Shown here: positions 38,335 to 50,606 of the stretch, piece by piece | Layout of the letters: each line of letters starts with the position of its first letter | Numbering within the stretch: position 1 is the first letter of the stretch | Assembly: GCF_001186125.1 (NCBI RefSeq) | Contig: NW_014040341.1 | Coordinates: 39,929 to 103,928 of the forward strand | Length of the DNA stretch: 64,000 bases | Origin: Sphaeroforma arctica JP610 | Taxonomy: Eukaryota | Reading direction: 5' to 3' | The notes under the pieces: generated by a model | What the model saw: the letters and a program-made list of their open reading frames with translations, nothing else | Database searches by the model: none | What the model was told of the DNA's origin: nothing | Made by a program: the position numbers and the translations under genes

Positions 38335-39106
38335 TGTAAAATTCGGTCTATCAAGGCGATATTAACGCCTTAGAGTAATTAAACGCGTAGGTTAAGTCTA
38401 AGTATCGTGAAATTCGAAGTAAATAAACGAAATGGGTCTTTTGGTAAAGTTAGGTATGCCTCGTGAAAATAGCAATACTCTCAGGGATTGTGAGGCTGAG
38501 ACATTGCCTATATATATTCCTCTCAGTACTGTTTTCGCCGAAGGGATTTTGTTTAGTGTTTCGTTGTCGCTCTATTAGAAACTATGGTATGTTTCGTTGG
38601 GGCGAATCCGAGAGACTCATAAAATCCTATCTTTAGAAAAAAAGAAAAGAAAAGAAAAAGAAAGAAAAACTCCTGATGTCCATAATTATTGCATTAACCA
38701 ATAACTTGCCACTTATCAAGAATTACCGACTTAGCCTTCATCAGAATGGCACATCTGGTTGGCTGAACGGAGGTTAAACCAGGTAACGTTAATAGTCCCT
38801 AGAAACCTATATTCAGTTGAGCCATCTCGCTACCGAAGTATTCAGATATATATGGATTTGGAAAGTAAATATAGTTCTATTTATAGAACTAGACCAAATC
38901 TTATGTTTGGTATTTTACTGGGGCCTTTTAATGGCCTTGTCCAAATATCTGATATGTAAAATGGAAAAGGTATAAATTAATAAAACCGTTAAAACCCATT
39001 TAGGAAACTTAAGTTCCTTGTACTATTAAGAGTACGTTTATAGTTTACGTACTGCTTGAGAGTACGTTTATAACATAGAGTCTAATGTGGAGGCCCGGCT
39101 AATACA
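38335..39106 (-). mobile_element. Inverted full-length copy of the element 1 LTR (probable solo LTR)
   Basis: Reverse complement aligns along 28293-29054; flanks GATG (38331-34) and GATA (39107-10) are a 3/4 TSD-like match. Confidence 0.85.
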
Positions 39107-42100
39107 GATACAGACTTTTCAGAGTCATTGAAAACTAAAAAGTGGCACGAACTACTTAGACAGTTCGAACAGGCTTGTTCGTAGGGTTTAATTGGTAGGC
39201 TATAAAAACTACCTAAATGATTTATCTACACTAATAACCGATTATGTTACATCACAAAGTGTGATGATGATCATACACCCCTAGCCGATTGAGCGAAGCA
39301 AATTTTAGCCTGGGTTTCTGTGGAGCCACCATCTTAGATGTTATCCGAGGTCATGATTTGCAAGGAACCGTCATTGGATAAAATGTCTTTCGAAATTCAT
39401 GGAAGAATATTTCCGCTTACGTCACCGCAAGCCTTGAAACACCAAGACCACAAGAAAACAAAGCTCAGGCTTCAGAAGAAGATGATGAGGTATGACTGCG
39501 TGGCCAGATCCAACCCAGCTTTGACATTAGATCAGGTAAGCATAAGGAAGCCAATCTGTTTTGAGCCATTTTCTTACAAGTTTACGAAGTTGGCGAAGGC
39601 GAAAGCTAACTGTGACGCAATCAAAGTCGTCGTAAAGTTAGAGTGAGATTAAACGTACATATTCAATATGGAAATATCACATTAATGTTCACACGCTCAT
39701 TTTGACATTGAAAATGAACTGAACATTTAAAGACACTTTCACATCTAATTTAATAGGGACATTCTATGACTTTCTCTGACATAACTATTTTAGATATCAA
39801 AAGAGCCTTCCGTTAGGCGGAGACTAGTTTTATTGTTTGGCTCCTTTATAAGAATAAGCGAGGAAAATAGTGTATCATAAGTACATTTTCAGACTTTATC
39901 GTCCTGTGGAGAACTCGTGGCATAGTCCCGGAAACACAATTACTTCAGGTCACGGGCGTGGTGTGGGTTTTATGCTAATACTATCCCATCAGCACAAAGC
40001 AATCCTCCTTTTGAGTAATGCCACTTGCACTGAAGCCATATGTGATATCATCTGCAGGACAATGATTCATTCATAGTACTAAACATCCAAATTGTTCATC
40101 TGAAAAACCCAAATAGTTGGCGCAACAATTTTTTTTTTGCAGTTTGACAATTGTTAATTTTCAATATGCATTTTCATGATTCCAAAGAGTCAGTACCGAA
40201 TATATTTCGGAAACCTGTGTAGGCCCCCTTGGTCATATGCCTGCCACCTTACGAAGCTTGTGCAAGTCCTTCAACAGCTCTATATGCATCAGCATCACAA
40301 AAGCGAATAGTCTGAGGACAACTGAAATAAGCAACAATTTCACCACCGTACCCATAGTAGTTGTTACATTTGTACACGTTCCTTGTATTTGAGTAACACT
40401 TCATACATGCAAAAGTACACTCGCGAAAGTATACGGAGAACTTGTCACGATCACTCTGTATACCATAAAGCAACTTTACGAGTCTACTGTTGTGGAGTTG
40501 TGTCGAGGCAGTATCTGGAGTACTTGAATGTTCCTATCTTCTCGAAATCTTCCACCTAAGTGGCTTCTTATGTGACCATATAGATTAATCGTGTAGTCTT
40601 GTCTGCATTCACCAGTTTAGAGATGTGCTCGTTTGACTCGTGATGAGGTGCGTTGATGTACTTAACCATTTTCATGTTCTTTATAGGAGACCTACCTCTT
40701 GACAGGATTGTTTTTATTTGTATAAATTCATGCGCAGAATCATGCGGGGTGTGTAGTTGACTGCTTCTGTCTGATACAATCTGGTAGAGGTTTATAGACT
40801 GATTGCTTTGGGTTAAATGTCTATACACCTGACATCATGGATACTGTTCTTTAGTTTCTTAAACCTTGAGAGATTCTTTCTGTGACTACTCAAGTACAGG
40901 TGAAAGACTATTTCTCTGGCGACTGCTTCGGTAATAATGTGAGCTGCCTTTTTCACAATCAGCCTCATCATTATCAATTTCTGAGAACAAAATAAAATCT
41001 ACACTCCTTTACTGATGAGATTTCTCCATGACAGCTCTTCTACGGCTTACTGCAGTTACTCTAAAACATACTTATAACTTATTAGGCTGTATATGTGTAC
41101 CGCCAGGTTTATCTTTTCATAAAATAGTGGAACATTTGTAGCCTTCGGTCTCCATCATATGTGTGTGTCGACTCATACTGTATTTATTATAGAAGAAAGC
41201 TATATCTATCTAAATAAGATAAAGCTCACTGTACCTCAAGTTATAATATTAAAACCACTTGGTAAAATCTCTATATGTAAGACAACGCCATACAGTATCG
41301 ATAACCTTTGTTTATTTACATGTAGTACAAGTAGCTCCGGAGCCTGATATAAGATCAGACTCTCGGCGATATTGGCATTCAATACTGTCTCGATCAGAAA
41401 ATGTAATGGTTTCAGGTAGTCGGAAACTTTTAGAAATAGGTATTAGTAGTGCAAGCGATTGGCGGCTGAAGAATTTAGTAGTTTTCTGAACAGTCAGTTT
41501 CATTTAGTCTTGTGCAATTCTAAAAAGATTAAATTAAAATGTTCGTAGTACACCTTCAGGCCATGTAAAGCTGTTTAGAACTGAAAAAAAGAGAAAACAA
41601 AACAAAATCAATACGCGGCTATTTACGTCCAAACCGTCACGAGTTTGAATGAGAAGTAATCCTTGCGAGAAGGTCTTGAAGAAATGCGTCAGAAACAGCA
41701 AACATATAAACTTTAGGGCCCATGCTCTGAAGTCTGTGTAATCAAGCAACCAGAGATGCTTAGCAAATTGTTTGAGTAGTGCAAGTGAGAGATTAAGCAT
41801 TCAAATCTGCACCTCACTATTCCGAATTAACTCATTACTTCCCGGAGTTAAATCTCAAAAATCTTAAAGGATAACATTGAAGAAAAATTCTCATCGCAAT
41901 GCATTACCGCAGTCATGACAGAAGATGGACAAGCGTTCACGTTGAACTAATATAGCCCCATATCACGATCTGCCCATAGCACACGAACGCATGGTTACCA
42001 AAAAAACTAATTCGTTGGCACTTTTGAGGAGTTTCATGTAAAACCGAATAACTCAAACAGAGACCTAATTTCATTTGAACTCATATACCAGTGTACTCGT

Positions 42101-44175
42101 ACGGTTAAAAATAATAATAATTATATATTGGGATATACTGATGGCGAGCTGGGAGTGTCAGGACCCAAAACTTCTAAAGAGCCGCGAAAACACAATGTAC
42201 ATTGCAAGTGATGTATGTTATCAATCCTGACAGTTTGCATACATTGGATTCTACGAGTGAACGAACAGAAGAAGCATTGTAAAGAAGCCAAACCATTCTT
42301 ACATACTTGAGTTCTTCTCGCATCAAAGTAATAACAAACATATAAACTTAAATTCTGTGCTGTCGCGCAACCAGAATCGCCAGTACTGAGTTTAATTAGC
42401 ACAAGTGTGTGATCAAGCTTTGGAATCACCTATTTCAAGTCAACCCGTTACTTCTCGTGTCAGTTGAAGGCTATGTAATGGATCTCAGAAATGCCACAAG
42501 AAAGATATCAAGGGAGAAAATCTCCCGCTTAGTGTAATACAGCAGGTATGATTAAATATGGACTCATAAAGTTAAATATCACAATCTAACTCATATTTGT
42601 TCTCAGGACTACTCAGGCGAATGCATGTGTGTCAAAAAGTGGATTTGTTGGTGATTTTGAAGAGTTGCATGCAGACCCGAAGTGCTCAAATAAAGGCCTG
42701 ATTCCATTTGAATTCATACAAAAGTATACTCGTACGCTTCATAACCCGAACCGTCTCTTAAGGGACGGCAAAGACAAAGTGTACATTGCAAGTGGTATAT
42801 GGCTACAAGCCTAGCTGTTTGTATAACACTGGCTCTACGGATGAACGAGTAGAAGATGCGTTGAGAAGTAGCAAGATCATTTATACACACTTGCGTTCAT
42901 CCGTATAAGTTGATGCATATCATCCGTATAAGTTGATGCATATCATCCGTGACACAAATCAAGGCTCCTGCGTCTGGTAATATGGGCATGATAATTCACC
43001 TATTGCCATCACAAACCTGGCTTGAGACATGTTACCGGTAAACAGGTAATTATAGTGACTCATTCTCTCGAGATGCATTACACGACCAGTGATCAAGCGG
43101 TCGACTTTAATCAGTAAGGGATGCTTTAGCAGAATACGACGCAATATAATCAATATTCGGGTTTTTTTATGAACGAGGGTCAGTGTAGTCCTTGGTCGTA
43201 TCGTCAACGTGCTGAACATGGCGAGCCGTACTCGTTTATATGGGTGATTCGATCACACCCAATTTTTACGAGTCTATGTCATGACAGATATTGACCTATA
43301 TATCTCACGAATGACTTCAACTGAAGTTAATAAGTAGAAGGAAAAATATCAACGTAACAAACGCAGAACAGGATTTCCTTTCGTGACTAGCATATGTAGA
43401 TACTATTTTCCCCAAGTTTGATCAGAGGTCTGCGAGTTTATACTAAAAGATATTTGGTGACTACAATAACCGAACTTCTCAAGTCAAATATTTCAATTAA
43501 TCAAGGGACTTTCCAAGCTTATGATTCTGACTCTTAGGTCTCTTGAATCTGATATTCAATTTATGCGCAGAGACGCAAATCGCAAATTGTTCTAGATCTA
43601 CAAAGAAAGTACATTTAGACTTGGTAATAGATTTAAATATTTTACAATTACGCATGATTTAATCATTCGATTACTTACTAATACTTATATACTTGCAACT
43701 TGGGTGATACATAGTTAAACGGCTTTGCAAATATTTCGAAGATCTGTCAAACTTTACAGTACTCTGCATAGTAGATAGCAAGACACAAGTGTTCATGTCA
43801 CGATTTTCAGCAGCAACTACGGGACATGATTATTGTTCATACTTCAAAAACTCAACCTTGCATGCGCAATCGTCTATTCAGCTCAGGAGTCGCCAGTAAC
43901 TTTACCTTGTCTATTATCCCTACTCTTCAGTACATATTTGGGATTTCGGAAAAAACGCAAAGTGATAATTGGTTTGCATTCATCCTTTTAAATTAATTCA
44001 TCGATATTTCCAGTCATAGGCTGTGATAGCGAGTTTTATTTGTATATTTGAACTCGCATATACATAACCATTTCGCAATTTATAGTCATTCGCATATACA
44101 CGTGTATGTTTTGTTTCCCCCACTGTAACTTTAGCACCGCTTTATCTAATTCCATACTTCATCAGAGTAGGGTTC

Positions 44176-44675
44176 TGTAATGTCAACCATGTTTATCTCC
44201 GATTTAAAACAAAACAATGCTGGTGTTATAAGTACCGAACTGTTCGGTAATGTTCCTGGGCGTTAATAAGAGTGTGAGAACTTTTAAGTGTGGGCGATAA
44301 CTGATAGGTGTGAAAACTAACAAGTTTGAAAAGTTCTAAGTTGTATTGTGCGGTTTGTTGGCGAACGGCCGCGCAGGCTCGAAAGAAGAGGAGGTTGGTG
44401 TATGATTGGTGTTTTGCGAACCGAAGTGCGGGGTAATATGAGCTGGAGGTTGGCAGACGACGATATATGTTGAATGGACTTGTAGGCTCGAAATTGAGAA
44501 GATACACGTTTTGATTGGCGGCCGGATTCTCAAGGAAATCCTTCAGAGATAGTAAAAATACGTGGTTTAATTCATTCAAGAAGTTCATTCTGCTAAGGTA
44601 GACGTTTATTCAACAATCGAGGAAACAAATCTAAGTTCACCGTTACATTGTGTTTTGAGTCGATCTAAGATTACA
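44176..44675 (+). repeat. 5' LTR of element 2
   Basis: TGTAAT...ATTACA; direct repeat of 49839-50317. Confidence 0.95.
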
Positions 44676-45167
44676 AATAAACGTTAGTGGAAAATGATTT
44701 ACGAGAAGGATAATACAGCTGGGACTGGGTAACCTCTCTGGAGATATGTGAGAGGGGAGCCGATGACGACACTTATGGATCGATGGGATTACGTCAGGGG
44801 TACCAAGGCTTATGAGCTCGAGGCGAAGAAAGGAGGGTCCCGCCCAGCGATGGCTCTTTTGAAGGAGATTACACCGGAGACGAAGTCGGAACTAGAGGGC
44901 TATATCAGCAAGACTTATTGAGACGAGGGATCTGTACATCGCGGCTGCAGCATTGTATCCAGCGTTTAAGGACCCATTTGAAGCGAGTGGAACCCAGGCG
45001 GATTTTGCGAAGGCAATAGGAGGGTGAGAATCCAAGCCTGAAAAGGTTATTGATCATCTTCGTGAGATTTATTACTATGGTGCTCGGCATGTTGCGGCGA
45101 AAGCTGAAGCAAAGAAAGTGCTCCCAGAACGGGATCCATTTACTGAGGTGCCTTCTGAGGACGAACA

Positions 45168-46128
45168 NNNNNNNNNNNNNNNNNNNNNNNNNNNNNNNNN
45201 NNNNNNNNNNNNNNNNNNNNNNNNNNNNNNNNNNNNNNNNNNNNNNNNNNNNNNNNNNNNNNNNNNNNNNNNNNNNNNNNNNNNNNNNNNNNNNNNNNNN
45301 NNNNNNNNNNNNNNNNNNNNNNNNNNNNNNNNNNNNNNNNNNNNNNNNNNNNNNNNNNNNNNNNNNNNNNNNNNNNNNNNNNNNNNNNNNNNNNNNNNNN
45401 NNNNNNNNNNNNNNNNNNNNNNNNNNNNNNNNNNNNNNNNNNNNNNNNNNNNNNNNNNNNNNNNNNNNNNNNNNNNNNNNNNNNNNNNNNNNNNNNNNNN
45501 NNNNNNNNNNNNNNNNNNNNNNNNNNNNNNNNNNNNNNNNNNNNNNNNNNNNNNNNNNNNNNNNNNNNNNNNNNNNNNNNNNNNNNNNNNNNNNNNNNNN
45601 NNNNNNNNNNNNNNNNNNNNNNNNNNNNNNNNNNNNNNNNNNNNNNNNNNNNNNNNNNNNNNNNNNNNNNNNNNNNNNNNNNNNNNNNNNNNNNNNNNNN
45701 NNNNNNNNNNNNNNNNNNNNNNNNNNNNNNNNNNNNNNNNNNNNNNNNNNNNNNNNNNNNNNNNNNNNNNNNNNNNNNNNNNNNNNNNNNNNNNNNNNNN
45801 NNNNNNNNNNNNNNNNNNNNNNNNNNNNNNNNNNNNNNNNNNNNNNNNNNNNNNNNNNNNNNNNNNNNNNNNNNNNNNNNNNNNNNNNNNNNNNNNNNNN
45901 NNNNNNNNNNNNNNNNNNNNNNNNNNNNNNNNNNNNNNNNNNNNNNNNNNNNNNNNNNNNNNNNNNNNNNNNNNNNNNNNNNNNNNNNNNNNNNNNNNNN
46001 NNNNNNNNNNNNNNNNNNNNNNNNNNNNNNNNNNNNNNNNNNNNNNNNNNNNNNNNNNNNNNNNNNNNNNNNNNNNNNNNNNNNNNNNNNNNNNNNNNNN
46101 NNNNNNNNNNNNNNNNNNNNNNNNNNNN
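45168..46128. other. Assembly gap inside the gag of element 2
   Basis: Run of N. Confidence 1.
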
Positions 46129-49100
46129 TAATTTCCATCGAAGTTTACAATGCTAAGAAGAAGAAAGGAGTGCCTGCAGTGAAGGCAGCTACAGTAGGGA
46201 AGAAGGCTGATGCATCAGACAAGCCAAGGGCAGCAGCTAAGTTGAAGATAGAGGCTAAGCAGAAACGGCGTGAGTATGATGCTTTGTGCAAGGTGATTCG
46301 TAGGAATGCTAAGAAAGCGAAACAGCATGGGGCACGCTGGATGGTTCCTATGCTGAGGGATGATGACTATGTGGATATGCTGCTTAAATTGGCAAATGAT
46401 GTGTGCTCTAAAGATGTAGTGATGGAGGGTTTAAAAGGATTGACTGAGCGGTGTATAAATCTGTTGAAAGCCTTATTTGCGAGTCGCAAATCGGAGAAGA
46501 ACATGGTTCTGAGGATGTTTGAGGCAGGAGGGTTGGGGCAGGTGCTGGAGCAATTGTCTGAGATGAGAGAAGACGACATAGCGCGTCAAGAAGAGCGGGA
46601 ACAAGCGGGCCGGAGACATCAGGCGAGGGTGGCCACGAGAGCAGGACAGTTGCAAGCAGCAGCAGCTAGACAGGAGTCCAGGGTTTCAGGGATGACAGGT
46701 CTGAGAGGGGCTTGCTTGTTTTGCAAGCAGGATGGTCACTATGTGAAAGAGTATTCTGTGTTAAAAGACGTGGTATGTCATACGTGTAGCAAGAGAGGTC
46801 ATACTCCGAGATTCTATCCTACAACACGATCCGGGGGTAATGTAGCGGCAGCAGCGTCTGGGGAGGTGCGTATGAGTGCAGATGGGACACTTGAATTGTG
46901 ACATGCGGCGGCGGCTAGTTATGAAGGACCAGGCCAACCGTTGATCTATAGTTATGTGGAGAGTGGACAGTGTTATGTCGATATGTATGTTGATCAAGGC
47001 GCCGATATATCGATGATTTCTAAGGGTTTGGCAGAGCGTCTGGGGCTGGTTGCTCAGTATGATTTGTCTGGAGAGTGGGTTATGGGGTTTAGTGCTCCGC
47101 TTCATGTGGAATACAAGGTGCGAGATGTTGAGGTTGTTTTGCCTACTTTAGTAGGAGAAAGGAGGGTTAAGTTGGATATGTGGGTTATGGATTGGATTCC
47201 ACACAATGCGGGTATGTTGTTAGGTAGACGTGAATTGAATGGGTATGGATTAACTGGGGCAGTACTCACTAGGCAAGGGGTGACTAAGTATACACTGTTT
47301 CCGATTGAGGTGGTAAGAGATAAGCCATCAGACTTTAAGACCTGGCTGAACAAAAAGGCGTCTGAGCCGGTGCTAGATTATATTCAGCATGTGGCGGCGC
47401 CGTTATTATATGGGGTTATGATTCAGGTTATGAAAGTGATGGATCCGGGGGTGAGGACGATTATCTAATGTTCGATACGAGTGGCTTGGAACTGTTGACT
47501 GAAGAACCGGGGAAGTCTATGGAAGAATTGGCAGAGTTGGTGGCGGCTATTAGGAGGGTGGCGTACAATGACAAGAAACCGAAGTTTGTGAAGGATCGGA
47601 TGCTTAAGCTTCAGATCAAAGAAGGAGGGGCGCCTTTGAAACAAGTATATGCGGAGAAGATGTGCGCCTTATAGAAGTGATGATGAAGAAGATACAACTA
47701 TTGCTTGAAGCTGGGTTGATAGAGAGGGTGCAAGATACGGATTGGCTTACAGTGCCGAAACTTGTGCCGAAGAGATGGAGAATGGCTTCCTGTGGGCGTT
47801 GTGAGTTCCAAGATAGGTTTCCATGCTAATTTGTCTCCGACAGATAGAGAGTTGATAGCGCTAGCATTTGGGGTTTTGAAGTTCGCGGGTTTGATTAGGA
47901 GATCGTACGAGGAGCTTATAGTAGAGATGAATCATCAGCCTTTAATTGGTGTGGTTCAGCAGTTAGAGTTCACGTCGGATCCAGTTGGGTACGAGACGGT
48001 ACAGGAATGTTATGTATGTACGATCGTTTGATATGGATCTACGGTACCTGGAAGGGCCAAAGAACAAAGTTGCGGATGGACTTAGTCGTATACCGTGATG
48101 ATTTGATCCTATTATGGTGCCTGTGTCGGTAGAGGGTGTTAAGTTCGCTGCATGTGCAAAAATGAGTCTGCCAGAGATTGATGAAGGTGTGGATTTGTCA
48201 TTTGATAACGTCTGCAAGAGTGTGGAAGACAGGAGGGTCCGGCTGGCGGTGGTTAAAGAGAAGCTGCGAGTGTTAGAGGAGGGTCTTGATGACAAGGTCA
48301 GTGCCGACTTGTGTGGGTTTATTGCATCAGCAGGTTACTGCAGTGATGGAGAGAGGTATTACTAAGATGTGGGATCCGGATGTAATGGCTAGCGAACGGC
48401 TTAAGTGTATTGGTCTAAGTGTATGGTCAGAACTTGTTCAGCCTTTGCAAGTTTAGCGCATGCTGGGGTAGATAGGATATGGGAGTTCCTGAAGGTTAAG
48501 TATGGAGAGGAAGTGGTGCTTTCGCAGGTTGTGAAGGTTTTGAAGAGTTGTGTTGCGTGTCAACAAGTTGAGGGGCTTCGTGGGACTACAGGGTTGTTAA
48601 TGCAGCCTGAGAGGCCGAAAAGGGGTTGCAGTGTGTATAGGCATGGATCATTTGACCTTGCCAAGGACAGTTCACGGTTTCGAAGGTATAGTAGTGGCCA
48701 TAGATCATTTTTTCGAGGATGGTGTGGTGTCGGCCATACACGTTGGAAGAGAAGAATACTAAAGGGGTATTAGAGTTTGTTCAACAACAAGTGTTGCCTT
48801 GGGGTACACCTAAGAAGGTAGTGATGTATGAGGGTGGTCCGTTCGCTTCAGCAGATATGAAAAGTTTCTGGGCAGAGAGAGGTGCAGAATGCCATTACGT
48901 ATCAGTAAATAGGCATCAGGGCAATGGTAGGGCAGAGAGGGTCTTGCGTACGATTGTGGATTGGCTTGCTAAGAGCTTGCCGTTGGGGAGGAGACCTTGT
49001 GGCCAGCACATATATATTCAGTTATGTTGGCGTACAATGCGACAGTGAATTCGGCCACAGGTATTAGCCCATACTATCATGTTACGGGCCGGCATTATAC

Positions 49101-49838
49101 GGGGCAGGTTGATAGAGTAATTCAGGCGAAGTTGTTAGAGGTGATAGGTTCTGAGCTTCTGAGTGAAGCTGCTATGCGGGATAGATCGGTGGCCATTAGA
49201 GATGAAGTAGCGAAGGCGGCGCAGGCAAAGGCGGCAGACAAGAATAGAAAAGAGGCACCAGATTGGCAGCCGGGGCAGTTGGTTTGGTATACTGGTAGGT
49301 CGAAGGATAATAAATTGGCGAAAACCTATTTAGTGAGAGGCACGATTGTTATGAGGGAACACTTACAAGGGATGTACAAAGTCAGAGTTAATGGGAAGGT
49401 TAAGTCAATACATGTGGATCAGCTTAAGGTGAGGTTAGAGGATCCGAAGCATGAGGCCAGTATTAGAATGCGTAGGAGGGAGGCTTGTTTGATCTGGCTC
49501 TACAATTATACTGGTGAAGGGGCAGCTAGTGTTACAGAACTTGATGAAATGGTGGCAGTAATGCGATCAACAAAGATGGAGAGGACTTGGTTATATGCCA
49601 TGAATTCAGCTTTTGGTATAGATGTTGACACGATAGTCGATGCGGCGAGGCGAGGTGAGAGTAAGGGCGTGGTAGAAGATACTTTGGATTTGGCTATGAA
49701 GCATCACTTCAATAAGAACAGGTAGAACAAGTTGCAGATGTTCTTCCAGGTTGCGAGGGATTCGATTTTGCGGAAGAAGCAGTTGAGTAAATGGATGAAT
49801 GAATGAACTCGACACTAGTGTCTTGTTCATTGGGGAGG

Positions 49839-50317
49839 TGTAATGTCAACCATGTTTACCTCCGATTTAAAACAATGTTGGTGTTGTAAGTACCGAACTG
49901 TTCGGTAATGTTCCTGGGCGTTAACAAGAGTGCGAGAACTTCTAAGTGTGGGCGATAATTGATAAGTGTGAAAACTAATAAGTTTGAAAAGTTCTAAGTT
50001 GTATTGTGCGGTTTGTTGGCGAACGGCCGCGCAGGCTCGAAAGAAGAGGAGGTTGGTGTATGATTGGTGTTTTGCGAACCGAAGTGCGGGGTAATATGAG
50101 CTGGAGGTTGGCAGACGACGATATATGTTGAATGGACTTGTAGGCTCGAAATTGAGAAGATACACGTTTTGATTGGCGGCCGGATTCTCAAGGAAATCCT
50201 TCAGAGATAGTAAAAATACGTGGTTTAGTTCATTCTGCTAAGGTAGACGTTTATTCAACAATCGAGGAAACAAATCTAAGTTCACCGTTACATGTTTTGA
50301 GTCGATCTAAGATTCCA
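49839..50317 (+). repeat. 3' LTR of element 2
   Basis: Preceded by PPT TGGGGAGG and followed by TSD GTTC. Confidence 0.95.
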
Positions 50318-50606
50318 GTTCTTACATAATTAGCCTTCCGTGATTTACAAAATAGTAAAAGTGATGTAACGGAATACATTTTAATGCTTTGATTTAAGTA
50401 TAGCCCAGGAAAAGTTCTAAATATTTAGTCATATACCAATTGTACGGCTCGAATTGTAAATTGAAGCCTTGAGTGTAATCAAGAGTAGCTCCAATTGTAA
50501 GTTGAAACCTCGAATTTTACTAATGGGTATGTTAATTTTCAACCGCTCGTAGTATTCCATGCACATTCACCGAATTCTTTGAATACTAACTAGCACTGCT
50601 GAAAAC

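Larger units (their letters stand above)
44176..50317 (+). mobile_element. Ty3/Gypsy LTR retrotransposon (element 2): both LTRs, 4 bp TSD, RT core deleted
   Basis: Direct LTRs 44176-44675 and 49839-50317; TSD GTTC (44172-75, 50318-21); PPT TGGGGAGG; gag with two CCHC-like knuckles; protease YVDQGADISMI; RNase H DRELIAL..NHQPL..KNKVADGLSR; integrase HAG..CVAC, IDHFSR, HQGNGRAERV. Confidence 0.95.

Noticed and set aside
45050..46156. ORFs of 330-370 aa
   Set aside because: Artefacts of reading through the N gap.
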